DNA of 64,000 nt from Chitinivibrionales bacterium (GTDB taxonomy: Bacteria; Fibrobacterota; Chitinivibrionia; Chitinivibrionales; WJKA01), in the NCBI GenBank assembly GCA_038247415.1, contig JBBRUX010000006.1:58730-122729 (forward strand), in the 5' to 3' direction. This document shows, one piece after another, positions 63,868 through 64,000 of the stretch; the first letter of the stretch is position 1; every line of letters starts with the position of its first letter. A model generated the notes under the pieces. That model was not told where the DNA came from. It searched no databases and was given only the letters and a program-made list of their open reading frames with translations. The position numbers and the translations under genes were made by a program.

Positions 63868-64000
63868 ATTGCCCCTGTCCAGGCTTTCGCCGACAGTATA
63901 CTTGTACTCTGCTGAAATCCTTGGTGAACTGGAAAATGGCAAGCAATAAGTCATACGTCGCTTTATAAACCGGTAGTTCAGAGTATTGTGCCATAATCCC

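Larger units (their letters stand above)
63428..63994 (-). pseudogene. avd: Avd-like four-helix-bundle protein (DGR accessory), frameshifted and split
   Basis: N-part MAQYSELPVYKATYDLL...FSR/EYKYTVGESL (63880-63994, frameshift near 63908); C-part REHIEVIRLLIRLMHDMHQIS...KQLAGWQRS (63428-63577). Confidence 0.75.

Noticed and set aside
63306..63994. ORFs 63635-63994, 63306-63785 and 63435-63677 as real proteins
   Set aside because: They are chimeric or shadow frames across avd fragments, the IR element and the VR-like piece.

Overview
Bacterial chromosomal window, probably Fibrobacterota/Chitinivibrionia-like (an inference from the style of the secreted proteins). In order it carries: a multidomain Ser/Thr kinase-LRR protein; a complete F1Fo ATP synthase operon running into motA-motB and a PilZ gene; two paralogous secreted beta-helix (lyase-like) proteins; and a ~40 kb exopolysaccharide locus. 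That locus (Wzx, three GT4s, pyruvyl transferase, acyltransferases, deacetylase, WecA-like GT) is interleaved with a hybrid NRPS-PKS-aminotransferase assembly line and its PPTase, two alpha/beta hydrolases, two methyltransferases and an AMP-ligase/ACP/AsnB/NadE cassette. Two divergent sigma-54 promoter motifs sit between the EPS and PPTase arms. The right end has secreted-protein genes broken by in-frame TAA codons and a scrambled diversity-generating retroelement (DGR) remnant: an avd-like gene split by a short inverted-repeat element plus a variable-repeat-like fragment. Four in-frame TAA stops (one inside the PKS AT domain) and an A9 frameshift interrupt otherwise continuous genes. All calls come from reading motifs by eye; no searches were run.
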